Assembly (NCBI GenBank): GCA_002269645.1
Contig: NIVC01003555.1
Coordinates: 27,656-91,655 of the forward strand
Reading direction: 5' to 3'
DNA: 64,000 nucleotides
Origin: Macrostomum lignano
Lineage: Eukaryota
The stretch's first letter is position 1; every line of letters begins with the position of its first letter. Both the position numbers and the translations under genes were made by a program. Positions 1-12,500 of the stretch are shown one piece after another. The notes under the pieces were generated by a model that saw only the letters and a list, made by a program, of their open reading frames with translations, was not told the DNA's origin and searched no databases.

Positions 1-94
1 TCACCTTTACTCTTTCCTCTCCTTCCTTTCTCCCCTCCTCTCGCTTCTTCCTCCCTTCTTCTCTGCTCTCTCCTCACCACTTTTCCTTTTCACT

Positions 95-860
95 CTCATC
101 TGGCCCGCAGCCATGAGCTGGATTCTTTATCTGGCCTTTGAGATAAAAATCTGCCAATCCCTGCTTCGAAAGTACTATCATGGTTGTTATCATTTCTCAT
201 GCTTTAATCACGTCATTTTTCTGGCCAATAAGCAGCCCTGAGAGGAATTTGTGTATCTCCATTCTCCAGCTCCACCACCACAGTCTGCAGCAGTCTAACA
301 ACCAAGGAAATACGCATTTCTTAGGAGGCCATTTAAATTTTAAAGTTACCTTATGCGAATCTTAATGTTAAAATTTTCATGGTGTAACTAATTTAGTAGG
401 ATTGCATTGTAATCAGTTATTCATTCATTTTTCGCTATTTTTATAAACCATCCCATATCGCCTTGATTTGCCATCCCTGTTTAACTGCTGCGACTTGTCT
501 ATACAGAGGACAGTAGTTTGAATCTCTCGCTAAACTCTCTCCTCTCTACGCCTCTCCACTCGCGGGGTACAGAGAAAGCTATTAAAAAGTTATTCCAAAA
601 CACTGTACATTCGCTATGTACATTGAGCCCTATCGCCTGATCCTTCGTCTGGGGGAATGAGTTGGATGAGCGGCAAACAACAGAAAAAGCAGACAAACTT
701 CACATGCTTACAGTTTCTTTTTCGGTTGAGTTACAGAGTTAAAACTTTACATTTAGATAGAGAATGGGTCAATGAAGAATTGTGTCAAGTTTGAAGTCAA
801 TCGCTTTACGTGGAGCAAACTTATGGCAGCTGAAAGTTATTCAATTTTGAAACCCTTTTA
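95..860. repeat. Diverged direct duplication, copy 1 (copy 2 at about 1445-2246)
   Basis: Co-linear blocks shared with 1445-2246, e.g. ATGAGCTGGATTCTTTATCTGGCCTTTGAG, CAGTCTAACAACCAAGGAAATACGCATTTCTTAG and AAGCAGACAAACTTCACATGCTTACAGTTTC. No recognisable protein in any frame. Confidence 0.85.
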
Positions 861-1445
861 CTCTCCCATCTTTTATCTGTTCACTCTCGTCTCTGCTCTC
901 TCATCCCCCTCTTTAATCTGGCATCTCTGTCTTATATGTTCTCTCACCTCTCTCCTCTGTACTCTTTTCTTTCCCCTCTTTTGACTCCTCACTTTCCTTT
1001 CTCCTTTCTTCTTTTCTCTTCTCTTCCCTTTTCTATACTCTGTCTCCCTCTCTTCTCTCACTCCACTTTCCTCTCTCCGTTATCTCTCATCTCTCATTTC
1101 TCATCTCTCCTTCCACCTCTCTCATCTCTACAACCTTAGAGATGTAGAGATGTATCTTTATCTCTTCTCTCTTCCCTTTACTCTCTCATCTCTTCTTTCA
1201 CCTGTTTCCTCTCTGCTCTTCTCTCTGCTGTCTCCTCTCTCCTCTCATCTGCAGCTCTCTGCTCTCTCATCTCTACTCTCTCCTCTTGCTTTTCCTCTCT
1301 CTCCTCTTGCTTTTCCTCTCTCCCCTCTTCTCCCCCTCTCTCTCATCGTCCTCACCCCCTCATCTCTCCTTTTATCTTTTATCTTTTCTTTTATCCCCTC
1401 TGTCGCCTCTCCTCTCTTTGAATCGTCTATTCCTTCTTCTTTCCA
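860..1445. repeat. CT-rich low-complexity tract
   Basis: Almost pure polypyrimidine (CTCT/TCTT) sequence; the ORFs over it are compositional artefacts. Confidence 0.9.
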
Positions 1446-2246
1446 CTTTCATCTGCCCCTCAGCTATGAGCTGGATTCTTTATCTGGCCTTTGAGGTAAA
1501 AGTCTGCCCATCCCTGCTTGGAAAGCCAGTTTGTGGGACGTAGTACTCTCATGGTTGTTCTCATGCTTTGATCACGTCATCTTTCTTGCCAATTTGTAGG
1601 CTGCAGCCCTGAAAGGAATTTGTGTATCTTCAGCTCCACTGCAGTCTGCATCAGTCTAACAACCAAGGAAATACGCATTTCTTAGAAGGCCATTTAATAT
1701 TTACACAGTACAGTACCTTTGAAAGAAACCTAAAATTTCCATGGTGTGCCTAATTTAGTAGGGTTGTATTGCATTGCATGGCATCGCCTTTTCATAAATC
1801 TTTCGCTTTTACAAACCATGCTGGATAGTGGTATTAGTGAATTCCCTCGATTTGCCAATTGCCAATTGCCATCCACTGTTAAACTGCTGCAGAGTTTGCC
1901 AATACAGAGGGGAGGGCAGTGGTTAGAATTTCTCACTAAACTGTTATGGCTAAATGTAGCCTCTCCACTCTCGGGGTGGAATTCCAAAACACTGTACATT
2001 TGCTATGTACATTCAGCCCTATCGCCTGACCCTTCGTCTGGCTCTGGGGGAATGAGTGAGAGGCACAAACAACAGAAAAAGCAGACAAACTTCACATGCT
2101 TACAGTTTCCGTCCTGATTGAGATACAGAGTTGAGACTTTACATTTAGACAGAGAATAAGTTAATGAAGAATTGTGTCAAATTTGAAGTTAATCGCTTCA
2201 CGTGAAGCAAACTTATGGCAGCCCAAAGTTAGTCATTTAAAAACCT
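1445..2246. repeat. Diverged direct duplication, copy 2
   Basis: Same blocks as 95-860, with substitutions and small indels. Confidence 0.85.
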
Positions 2247-4669
2247 ATTTGCACCCTTTGCCCAGATCGGGAAAGAGAGGCAGGCGGGTGGAGGTTGGGG
2301 TGGTTGCTACGCTGAAAAAAACAGCCTAATTTTAAAAGTGCACAGCACCGCTCAGAATTAACTTTGAGACTCGAAATTTTACATGATTGTGCCAAAATAT
2401 TTTAAGATTATCTGTGTCAAATTTGAAGAGAATCGGTAGAAGTGGAGCGGCGCTATGGAGGATTTAGTGAAAAAAATGCGCATTTTGAGCAGTTTTTTGC
2501 ACTTTTAGGTAGGAAGACTCAAATTTAGGAAATAAAAGGTAGCCTAAGACATTCTCCGTAGTAAGTTTAGGGTGGGTGTAAAGTTTGGTGTAATTTGGTT
2601 GAGCGGTTTGGGAGTCCATAGCGATCAAAATTGTCCACACACACACACACACACAGAGTTTTGATTTTTATAGGTAGAGATTTTTACTTTTTAATCAGAG
2701 AATTTTCTCTAGCCTTTCATATTCTAGCATTTCGTTTCATGTCATTCATAGGGCCTAACTTGTATGTTTTTAAAGGAAAAACAGCATTCGTTTTTATCTA
2801 CCTATTTTTATCTTTTTATTTGTATCGGCTCATTGACATTGGAGTTTCTACCTAGTCCCTAAAGTATTCGTCACTGATCATTTTAGCCCAAAAATTTTTT
2901 TTTAAATAAATTGTGTACAATGTGTAGGCCCTAATCTATAGGCCTAGGCCTATTTATAGGCCCAAACTTTTTAATTTTAGTTTTTGTTTTGTCTAGTAGG
3001 CCCTATGCCATTTTAGCTTTTATTCCTTAGGCCTAGGCCCCTCTCCTTAGGCCTTATTTCAAAACTATATAACAGTAACACTAAACTAGGCCTATGTGTT
3101 TTAAATTTCCTTAATTAATATACTTTTATTTATGCTACAATTCATATAGGCACTATGCTATATTTCAAATTCAAATATTTGACCAACAATTGAAATGTCA
3201 AAATTGTTTTAATTATGACTGAGATGAAATTCAATACACATTATAATTATTGCAATGTATATTGTTCTTCGATAAGTAGGCCTAATAAATGAAGTTCCTT
3301 AGAAAGGTTTAAATTACCATGGTTGTAAAAGGAATAACAGGAAGGATTATAGTATTGGGAAGAGTTTGGGTAAATTAAATAGATACTATTATATATTATT
3401 AGGCCTACAGACCAACATAATAATTAAAAGAAAAATTATAATTTATATTATATTTTTTGTATTAACTTGCATTATATAAAATTATAAAAACTATTTTAAA
3501 GCAATTATAATTTTTTCAAACATTTTTTCAACTAGTGCAGGCGGAAAAATGTCTAACTAAGAGAGAAATTACAAAAATGCTAGGCTCTAACCAAAAAATT
3601 GATAAAAAAAAGAACAAAGCAAAAAGGAAAAACAAGGAAAAAAAGAAAATATAGGAAAAAAAACCAAAACAAAGACCATGTTGCAACCCACACTTTAGAT
3701 CATATAATATATGCCCAAAATTTTGGTCATGCATAGTTGGCATGCATGACTTTTAAGAAAATAGTGTATGTGCATACTTAGCCTGCACTTCATAGAATCA
3801 GGCAGAAAAGTTAGTGTTAAGTTGGAAAAAGATTGAAAATTTTTATATTTTAGCATAAATTTTAAACTTTCCAGCTTCTAAGCTCATTAATAATACATTA
3901 AAACAAAATTTTGTATATTAATTTTCTGCTATAAATAGTGTAGAAAAAAATGATAAATAATCAACCAAATTATCAGCCACAAAGGGTCCTTTATGCAATG
4001 CAAAAAAGTCATTTTTTGTTCCAACATTGGCCTAGATTTTGAGTGTGGATATAAACAAAATTTTTTTTGGTGTGCTTTTGAAACTCTTCAATTTTTGTTT
4101 AGGCATGCATCCACCATAATCTAGACTATAGGTTGTAACCAAGGACAACTAAGTTGCAACTAGAGATAGCTAGGCTAAGTTCTAACCAGAGGCAACTTAG
4201 GGGATGGGGTTAGAGGTATGCAGTCCCCTAAGTTTGGGGGTTGTACATATGAATCATACATGCATAACTGCTGGCCAACCTGGCCGATCTGGCCATAAAT
4301 TGTGGTAGACCAGGGGTAAGTCGCAAAAATGCCCAGCCTGTATGAATCCTCTTATATATATGTAAGGGATATGCAAATAGGAGTAAAAAGTATACCCAAG
4401 ATATATGTGGAAAAGACCTTTTGAGTTCAATTTAAGAATAAATTATATTATATAACTAGATTTAAATATTTAGTTGTATGGATGGATATTAACTAAAAGT
4501 TCTTTAAAGCAAAAATATTGCCATGATCATTTTCTAATGATACAATATTATATAACTTATCAATTTTCACCAACAATTTCTAAGAATTTTGTGTTTTGTC
4601 ATGACTTGAAATAGTTTAGCTTGCTTATTTATTAATGCTTTTATATCAAAGCTTATTCAACTGAAATTC

Positions 4670-6246
4670 ATGTCATCTTGTCGTCAAAACTATGCACCAG
4701 ACTACCAGAGTGTGAGGTGTCTTTGAACAAGCAGAGCAGATCAATGTTCAGCTTTACACAGCCTATGTCTACACTGGTTTAGCTTGGCATTGCAATCGTT
4801 CAGACATTGCTCTGCCTGGCTTGCACAAATTTTTCCAAATCAGAGCCAATGCAAGTCGTCAACAAGCTAAATGCCTGATGGCCTATCAGACTGTGAGGGG
4901 AGGCCAGTTGATTCTAGCTGATATTGGCAAACCTCCTGCTCCCGTCACAGTCTCCAGCACTGCAGTGGGATTACAGTTGGTGCAGCAGGCATTAGAAATG
5001 GAGAAGACTGTAAATGCTGCTCTGTTGCAGTTGCACTCCATTGGCGATTCTGCTAGTGATGCACATTTTCTGGTGAGAATTATTTTAATGCAATTTATAT
5101 TATTAAATTTTAAATTGCTTTGCTTTATGCCAGCATTGTTAGTCTGGTGTTGGATTATATGTCTGGTGGTTTGATACTTAGTGTAATGCCTAGATAATCA
5201 TTCTGGTGCCTGGATAATTAGTCTGGTGCCTGGATAATCAGTGTAGTGCCTGGATTATTAGTCTGGTACCTGGATAATCAGTCTGGTGCCTGGATAATTA
5301 GTCTGGTGCCTGGATAATTAGTCTGGTGCCTGGATAATCAGTCTGGTGCCTGGATAATTAGTCTGGTGCCTGGATAATCAGTCTGGTGCCTGGATAATTA
5401 GTCTGGTGCCTGGATAATCAGTGTAGTGCCTGGATAATCAGTGTAGTGCCTGGATAATCAGTTTAGCGCCTGGATAATCAATATAGTGCCTGGATAATCA
5501 GTGTAGTGCTTGGATAATTAGTCTGGTGCCTCGATAATCAGTTTAGTGCCTGGATAATCAGTTTAGCGCCTGGATAATCAATATAGTGCCTGCAGATAAT
5601 CAGTGTAGTGCTTGGATAATTAGTCTGGTGCCTCGATAATCAATTTAGTGCCTGGTTAATCAGTCTGGTGCCTGGATAATCAGTGTAGCGCCTGGATAAT
5701 CAATATAGTGCCTGGATAATCAGTCTGGTGCCTGGATAATCAGTGTAGTGCCTGGATAATCAGTGTAGTGCCTGGATAATCAGTCTGGTGCCTGGATAAT
5801 CAGTGTAGTGCCTGGATAATCAGTCTGGTGCCTAAATAATCAATCTCGTTCCAGGATAATTAGTGCCTGGATAATCAATATGGTGCATGGATTAATTATA
5901 TGGTTCCTGGATTATTAAAATGGTGCCTGGATTATTAATGCGGTGCCTGGATAATAGTCTGGTGCCTGGATAATCAGTCTGGTACCTGAAGTATAATTAT
6001 GGAACCTTTATTTTTAGTCAGTGCCTAAGATTTAATACGTCTGGCACATAAAAGAGCCCACTTTCTAAATACAAACTCCAGTTTCTCACAACTCCCCAGG
6101 ACTTCATCGAAGGTGAGTGCCTGGATGCCCAGGCCAGCTGTCTGAAGCGCCTGTCCGACCTGGCCTCCCAGCTGGCCCAGTGCGGCCAGGGTCTTGGCGA
6201 GTTTGCTTTCGATCGCGAGCTGCTGCATGATCAATCTGATTGTTGA
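4670..6246 (+). pseudogene. Ferritin-like gene, 2 exons (4670-5072, 6100-6246), frameshifted near the 5' end
   Basis: Removing an 8-bp and a 5-bp insertion gives MSSCRQNYAPECEVSLNKQINVQLYTAYVY...RGGQLILADIGKP...ALEMEKTVNAALLQLH...DAHFL|DFIEGECLDAQ...GLGEFAFDRELL, co-linear with animal ferritin. Donor GTGAGA at 5073, acceptor CCCCAG ending 6099. As written, the frame from ATG 4670 stops at TGA 4724-4726. Confidence 0.85.
5195..5990. repeat. 20-bp minisatellite (GGATAATCAGTCTGGTGCCT) in the ferritin intron
   Basis: Direct tandem array of roughly 38 variant copies. Confidence 0.95.
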
Positions 6247-6559
6247 TTTCATTTGTCTGAGGGCTTTCCTCAGGCCAAAGCAGATTTATTGTCATATTCA
6301 TGAGGAGCTTTTTAGTTAGGATATATAAACAGCTAGTGCAATTGTGAATCAAGTTAATCCTATATTGTCTGATAATTATTTGTTAATCTAATTGTTAACG
6401 CAGCTCTTTAGCTAGTATAATTTACTGATTTACTAATAAAGTATTGCGTAATCAAAGCCTCTGGCGCAAATTATTGCGAAATTTAACTTTATTTACTTAT
6501 AGTAGTTTGCTGAATTGTTTTGTGTTTGTAAAACTTGTTAAAGCTGAAATGCTGAGGTT

Positions 6560-6830
6560 TAAGCCCTAGATAGTCCATCCCTAGATATTCCCTGATCCCT
6601 AGATAGATAGTCTATAATCCCTAGATAGTCCCTGATCCCCAGATATTCCCTGATCCCCAGATATTCCCTGCTCCCTAGATAGTCCATGATCCCTAGATAG
6701 TCCCTGATCCCTAGATAGTCCCTGTTCCCTAGATAGATAGTCCCTGATCCCCAGATATTCCCTGATCCCTCGGTTTTCCCTAATCCATAGACAATCCCTG
6801 ATCCCTAGAAAACCCCCCATCCTATTTATA
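6560..6830. repeat. About 19-bp minisatellite (CCCTAGATAGTCCCTGATC)
   Basis: Degenerate tandem copies just upstream of the 6921 gene. Confidence 0.85.
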
Positions 6831-6920
6831 ATCCCCATCCCCTTCGTAATCCCCCGTTCCCTAGCTGGTCGATAGCATATATTCTCCAGTCCTTGGATAA
6901 TCTCCCAGATCCCCGCAGCC

Positions 6921-8258
6921 ATGCACCGCCTGCCAGCGCCAGCGCCGCCATCCGCCGCTCTGCTCAGCGACGACTCAAACAGCCAGCCGCCTGTCGACCA
7001 GCGCCAGACAATGGGATTTGGCGTGCCGGACCAGCTGCCGCGGGCAGCAGCAGCAGAGGCGGCAGCAGGGGTACCGCCCGATGCTGACATCAGCAACGAC
7101 ACCGATGCCTCCGCGGGCGCCGGCAGCAGCGGCGGACTCTACTCGGCACACATCAACGAGGAAGTGTCCAGGGCGAAGCTGCGCGACACAATGCTGAGAA
7201 TGCTGCGCAGGAGCGACATCCTAATTGCCGCTGCCGAGTCGCAGCTCAAACAGGTGAGAGAGAGTGCGGCTTATTGAACTGGAGTAAAATTTTCAGATAC
7301 TTTCTGTAGCAGCTTTTTTAGGGGATCATTCGAAATCCAGATCTCAGATCCCGTGAGATTCTTCGCCCGATTATTTTATTTAGGCCCTCTTAGATTCCCT
7401 AATCAGATCCCACCATTTTCCACTCTCAAACACCCCTCAGATTCCCCTCTTCGTTCCCTTTCAGATTCCCTTCTTGAATCCCTTCAGATTCCCCTCTCAT
7501 ATCCTCTCAGATCTCCTCAAATTCCCCTCTTATATCCTCTCAGATTCCCCTCTGATATCCTCTCAGATCTCAGATTCATTCAGATTCCCCTCTCAGATCT
7601 CAGATTCCCCTCTCAGATCTCAGATTCCCCTCTCATCTTCTCAGATCTCCTCAGATTCCCCTCATCTTCTCAGATCTCCTCAGATTCCCCTCATCTTCTC
7701 AGATCTCCTCAGATTCCCCTCATCTTCTCAGATCTCCTCAGATTCCCCTCTCATCTTCTCAGATCTCCTCAGATTCCCCTCATCTTCTCAGATCTCCTCA
7801 GATTCCCCTCATCTTCTCAGATCTCCTCAGATTCCCCTCTCATCTTCTCAGATCTCCTCACATTCCCCTCTCATCTTCTCAGATCTCCTCACATTCCCCT
7901 CTCATCTTCTCAGATCTCCCCAGATTCCCCTCACATCTTCTCGGAACCCTTCAGATTCCCCTCCGGGATCTCCTCAGATTCCCCGCTCCCCGCACCTCCT
8001 GCCCAGGTGTGCCGGCAGATCGAGCTAGAGCGGGTCCGGTTCGACCGGGCCTGCTACAGGTCGCAGCGGTCATTCCGGTACACGCTGCGCCTGAGAATGG
8101 CGGTGCTGGAGGGCATGTGCAACATGCTCAGGGAGTACGCCACCACCAAGATGACGGAGAGGAATAACTTTGCCGCGATTGTTCGCGCGATGGAGCTGGA
8201 GATGGCGGGTGGCGACCTGCCCTCGCCATTTTATCACCGAGGAGGCGGCGATCCTTGA
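6921..8258 (+). CDS. Uncharacterised 194-aa protein with a predicted C-terminal helical/coiled-coil domain; exons 6921-7253, 8007-8258
   Basis: GC-rich codon usage. Phase-0 donor CAG|GTGAGA at 7254 and acceptor GCCCAG|GTG at 8007 join AAESQLKQ|VCRQIELERVRFDRACYRSQRSFRYTLRLRMAVLEGMCNMLREYA in frame. Confidence 0.75.
7430..7985. repeat. CT-rich intronic minisatellite (TCTTCTCAGATCTCCTCAGATTCCCC-like)
   Basis: Tandem array filling the intron of the 6921 gene. Confidence 0.9.
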
Positions 8259-9069
8259 GCCAGCGTCCAGTGGCGTGCTCAAACTTGAAGTGGTGTTTTT
8301 TGTTCGTTTGTTTGTTTTGTTCGCCGCGGCAGTTGAAGGTTCCTATACCCTTACACATCAGTGTTTGAGGCTCAATAAGCCTGGTGCTCTGGTGTGTTCA
8401 AATTTTAGTGCTGATAATTCGTCAAGTTCTTTTTTTCCAGTTGCCAGTATTTCCTGTTGAGCTTCGTCTGCTCAAATAAAACACGCAGAATTGCAAGTCT
8501 TTGTGCCTGACTCAGCTCTTTGTCCGTGTACAATGTCCCCCATAATGCGATTAGAAATTTGGAGCAAAGCTCTCTTACTTGTCCCATTATGTCTACACAT
8601 CCTATCTACCTGCATTAAATATCTACATTGAAATTATATGCATATATTACTCTACAAATTCTCAGTCAGTAGTATATTTGTCGCATTTTTTCTTATATTG
8701 CTGTCTCTACCAAAGTGTAAGCTTATTCAAATTGTGCAATATTATTATTGTTTTTCTTTGATAAAATTATTAACTTACTTTTCCAACCCAGTGCATTCAG
8801 ACTTAACCTGTATATTGTGTGTAAATTCAGTGCTTTGTCCACTCCTAACACTTCTTTCATTAAAAATTGTCTGCGGAATTAAATCTCACAGCCAGCCTTG
8901 AAATTCTGTCAGTTTTTTGCAAATAAATAATTCGACAAAATTTCTCTTAAAAAACACGAAGTTTTTTTGTTGCAAGTAAAGGATTAAATAGTTAGTGTTG
9001 AAGAATCTGTTATTTATGTTGACCTATAGTATCATTGTGCAATTGTGGGGCTCTTTGAGAGGGGCAGGT

Positions 9070-9345
9070 CTCAGTGGGAGATTATCCTTAGAGATGAGTA
9101 GATCTCATGAGAGATTATACTTTGAAATGAGCAAGTCTCATGAGATATTTATTATCCTTTAAAATGAGCAAATCTCATGAGAGATTATCCTTTGGTATGA
9201 GCAAATCTCATGGGAGATTATCATTTGGGATGAGCAAATCTCATGAGAGATTATCCTTTGATATGAGCAAATCTCATGGGAGATTATCCTTTGGGATGAG
9301 TAAATCTCATGGGAGATTATCCTTTGGTATGAGCAAATCTCATAA
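9070..9345. repeat. 33-bp minisatellite with internal dyad symmetry (GAGATTATCCTTTGGTATGAGCAAATCTCATGG)
   Basis: About 8 copies ending about 180 bp upstream of the LRRC47 ATG; GAGATT and AATCTC are reverse complements. Confidence 0.9.
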
Positions 9346-9522
9346 TCCCGTATCTCGTGTCTCGGGGGTGATTGCACCTAATATTTTGCGCATTTTGCTA
9401 TTAATAACGGAGCAGGGAAGCATCGAACAGTACAGTTATTCCCACGTTTTCTCCTGCTTCCCCGCAGCATCCCATTGTGACAGTAATCAGACAAACGCAT
9501 CAGTCAGAGCCGCAGCAGCAGC

Positions 9523-12500
9523 ATGCCCTGGGAGGAGGTGAGCAAAGTCCAGCAAGAGGGCCGTCACGAGCTGGTGCTGAGCGGTCCCGAGGTTGCTCAG
9601 CGCATCGAGACGGAAGGCCTGGACCCGCTGGTGCTGCAGCTGGAGTCGTTGAACTTTCTCAGCATCTCCAAGACCGCACTTGAGCAGCTGCCGACTCCGG
9701 ATGGCGGGATCCGGCTGCCGGCACTGGCCAAGCTGTGCGTGTATGAGAACCGCCTGGCTGCCCTGCCAGCCACCTTTGCGCAGTTGGCCACCTTGAAGCA
9801 CCTGGACTTGAGCAACAACCGGCTGGTGTGTCTGCCGGATAACTTGCTGACTGACCTGCTGCAGCTTGAGGTGCGCGCAATTCTGTGAGATAGAATTAAA
9901 TAAAAGCACTGTTGAAATGAAATCCATGAGCTTTGTCTTGCGATTCACAGCCGTTACCGTGACATGGATCGCTCAAGAATGATTGCAAACGCCTCAAATT
10001 CACTTTCTTGGCCTGGGTGAGATCTGTCAATTAAACAAGTTTTAAAACCACTCTTTCAGGTGCTGAACCTGTCTAATAATCAGTTGGAGAGCCTGCCGCG
10101 ACTGGGACCTCTGTCTCACCTGCTGGACATGTACCTGAGCAACAATAGATTGACAGCTCTGCCTGATGGTATCGACCGGCCTGAGCTGTCAAGTTTACTG
10201 TCAATCAGAGCCAACAATAACAGCATTGAGGTTGGGCCTTGTGTCTTTGATGTTTCCTTTTTTAAATGCGAGTTACAGTACCGGTACAGTAGATAGAGTC
10301 TTTGAGCTATTCCCTCCACAGTTGCAGTCAGAGTCCCCACAGGTGCAGTCAGAGTCCCCACAGGTGCAGTCAGAGTCCCCACAGGTGCAGTCAGAGTCCC
10401 CACAGGTGCAGTCAGAGTCCCCACAGGTGCAGTCAGAGTCCCCACAGGTGCAGTCAGAGTCCCCACAGTTGCAGTCAGAGTCCCCACAGGTGCAGTCAGA
10501 GTCCCCACAGGTGCAGTCAGAGTCCCCACAGTTGCAGTCAGAGTCCCCACAGGTGTAGTCAGAGGAGTCCCCACAGGTGCAGTCAGAGTCCCCACAGGTG
10601 TAGTCAGAGGAGTCCCCACAGGTGCAGTCAGAGTCCCCACAGGTGTAGTCAGAGGAGTCCCCACAGGTGCAGTCAGAGTCCCCACAGGTGTAGTCAGAGG
10701 AGTCCCCACAGGTGCAGTCAGAGTCCCCACAGGTGTAGTCAGAGGAGTCCCCACAGGTGCAGTCAGAGTCCCCACAGGTGTAGTCAGAGGAGTCCCCACA
10801 GGTGCAGTCAGAGTCCCCACAGGTGCAGCCAGAGTCCCCAAAGGTGCAGTCAGAGTCCCCACAGGTGCAGTCAGAGGCCCCACAGGTGCAATCAGAGGCC
10901 CCGCAGGTGCAGTCAGAGGCCCCACAGGTGCAGTCAGAGTCCCCGCTGCCCGCTCAGGCCCTGCCGCCCTCGCTGTCGCGCCTGCCGTGCCTGCGGGTGC
11001 TGGACTTGGAGAACAACCGGGTCACCGAGTTGCCAGCCGACGTGAGCGGCTGCGCCAAGCTGCGCGAGCTCAACCTCAAAGGTAATAAAATTGCCGATCG
11101 CCGCTTGAAAAAGATGCTGGAAGACGACAAGGTGCAGTGCGCCTCGGTGCTGGAGTACCTGCGCAAGACCGCCGCCTCCAGGCCGGGCCAGGCCACAGCC
11201 AAGGCGGCTGGCAAGAAGCAGAAAAAGCAGCAACAACAGCAGCAGCGACTCGAGTCCGAGACTGGCGATGGAGACGATGCTGATGAAGCTGAAGCCGCCA
11301 CGGTACGTGCAGTCTGGGATTCTGGCTTAAGATAGGTGGCAGGAGTGGAATTTGAGTGACAAATCCAAGTAATTGACAATTGGAGTGACTGGTCGAGTGA
11401 CAGGTGGAGTGACTGTTCGAGTGACAGGTGGAGTGACTGGTCGAGTGACAGATAAGTGAGTGACTGGTCGAGTGACAGATAAGTGAGTGACTGGTCGAGT
11501 GACAGATAAGTGAGTGACTGATGGAGTGACATATAAGTGAGTGACTGATGGAGTGACAGATAACTGAGTGACTGGTCGAGTGACATATAAGTGAGTGACT
11601 GATGGAGTGACAGATAAGTGAGTGACAGGTCAAGTGACATATAAGTGAGTGACTGATGGAGTGACAGATAAGTGAGTGACTGGTGGCCGAGTGACAGATA
11701 AGTGAGTGACTGGTGAGTGACAGATGAGTGACTTAGGTTTAAGAGATAAGCCAGCTAATGCTGAGCAGCTGGTACCCCCTCCTCACCAGATCGACATCCG
11801 GCACTGGCGCCCTGAGTCGGATCTGACTGCCCGCCTGCACGAGTCGGTGCTGGAGGTGCGGCCCTACCTGGTGCTGTGCGCCGTCCGCAACATCGACCTG
11901 GCCAGCGCGCCAGGCCGCTTCAAAGCCTTCCTGGCCTGCCAGCAGGCGCTGCACGACGGCCTCGCCGACCGGCGGCAGAAGCTGACGGTGGCCAGCCACG
12001 ATCTGGACAAGATCCGCTTCCCCCTGACCTTCGAGGCCCGGCCACCGGCCGAGATCGTGTTCCGGCCGCTCAAGTCGGCCAAAGAGGAATCGGCCGCCGA
12101 GCTGTTCCGCCGGCTCCGTCAAGAGGCCGAGGACGAGCGGAAGGCGAAGAAGCGGAACACGGTGTCCGGGGTGCACCGCTACCTGTCCCTGCTGGAGGGC
12201 CGGCCGGGCTACCCAGTGCTGCTGGACCGGGACCAGCGGGTGCTGTCCCTGCCGCCCATCACCAATGCCGAGCTCAGCAGGATCGGCCCGGAGACCCGGA
12301 ATCTGCTGCTGGAGGTGAGGGGAATCTGCTGCTGGAGGTGAGGGGAATCTGCTGCTGGAGGTGAGGGGAATCTGCTGCTGGAGGTGAGGGGAATCTGCTG
12401 CTGTAGGTGAGGGGAATCTGCTGCTGGAGGTGAGGGGAATCTGTTACTGGAGGTGAGGGCGTCCGCGCCTGGAATCGCCTAATGACTCAGCCACCCCATA

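Noticed and set aside
2400-2690. Helentron-like non-autonomous element ending in (CA)n; similar idea for the flanks of the (GACA)n run at 33360-34000
   Set aside because: Resemblance is from general pattern only; I could not define termini.
2900-3420. Cluster of TAGGCC(T) motifs in AT-rich DNA
   Set aside because: No periodicity or boundaries; looks like a cryptic simple repeat.
4560-4670. Iron-responsive element upstream of ferritin
   Set aside because: No CAGUG(N) loop stem visible upstream of the ATG.
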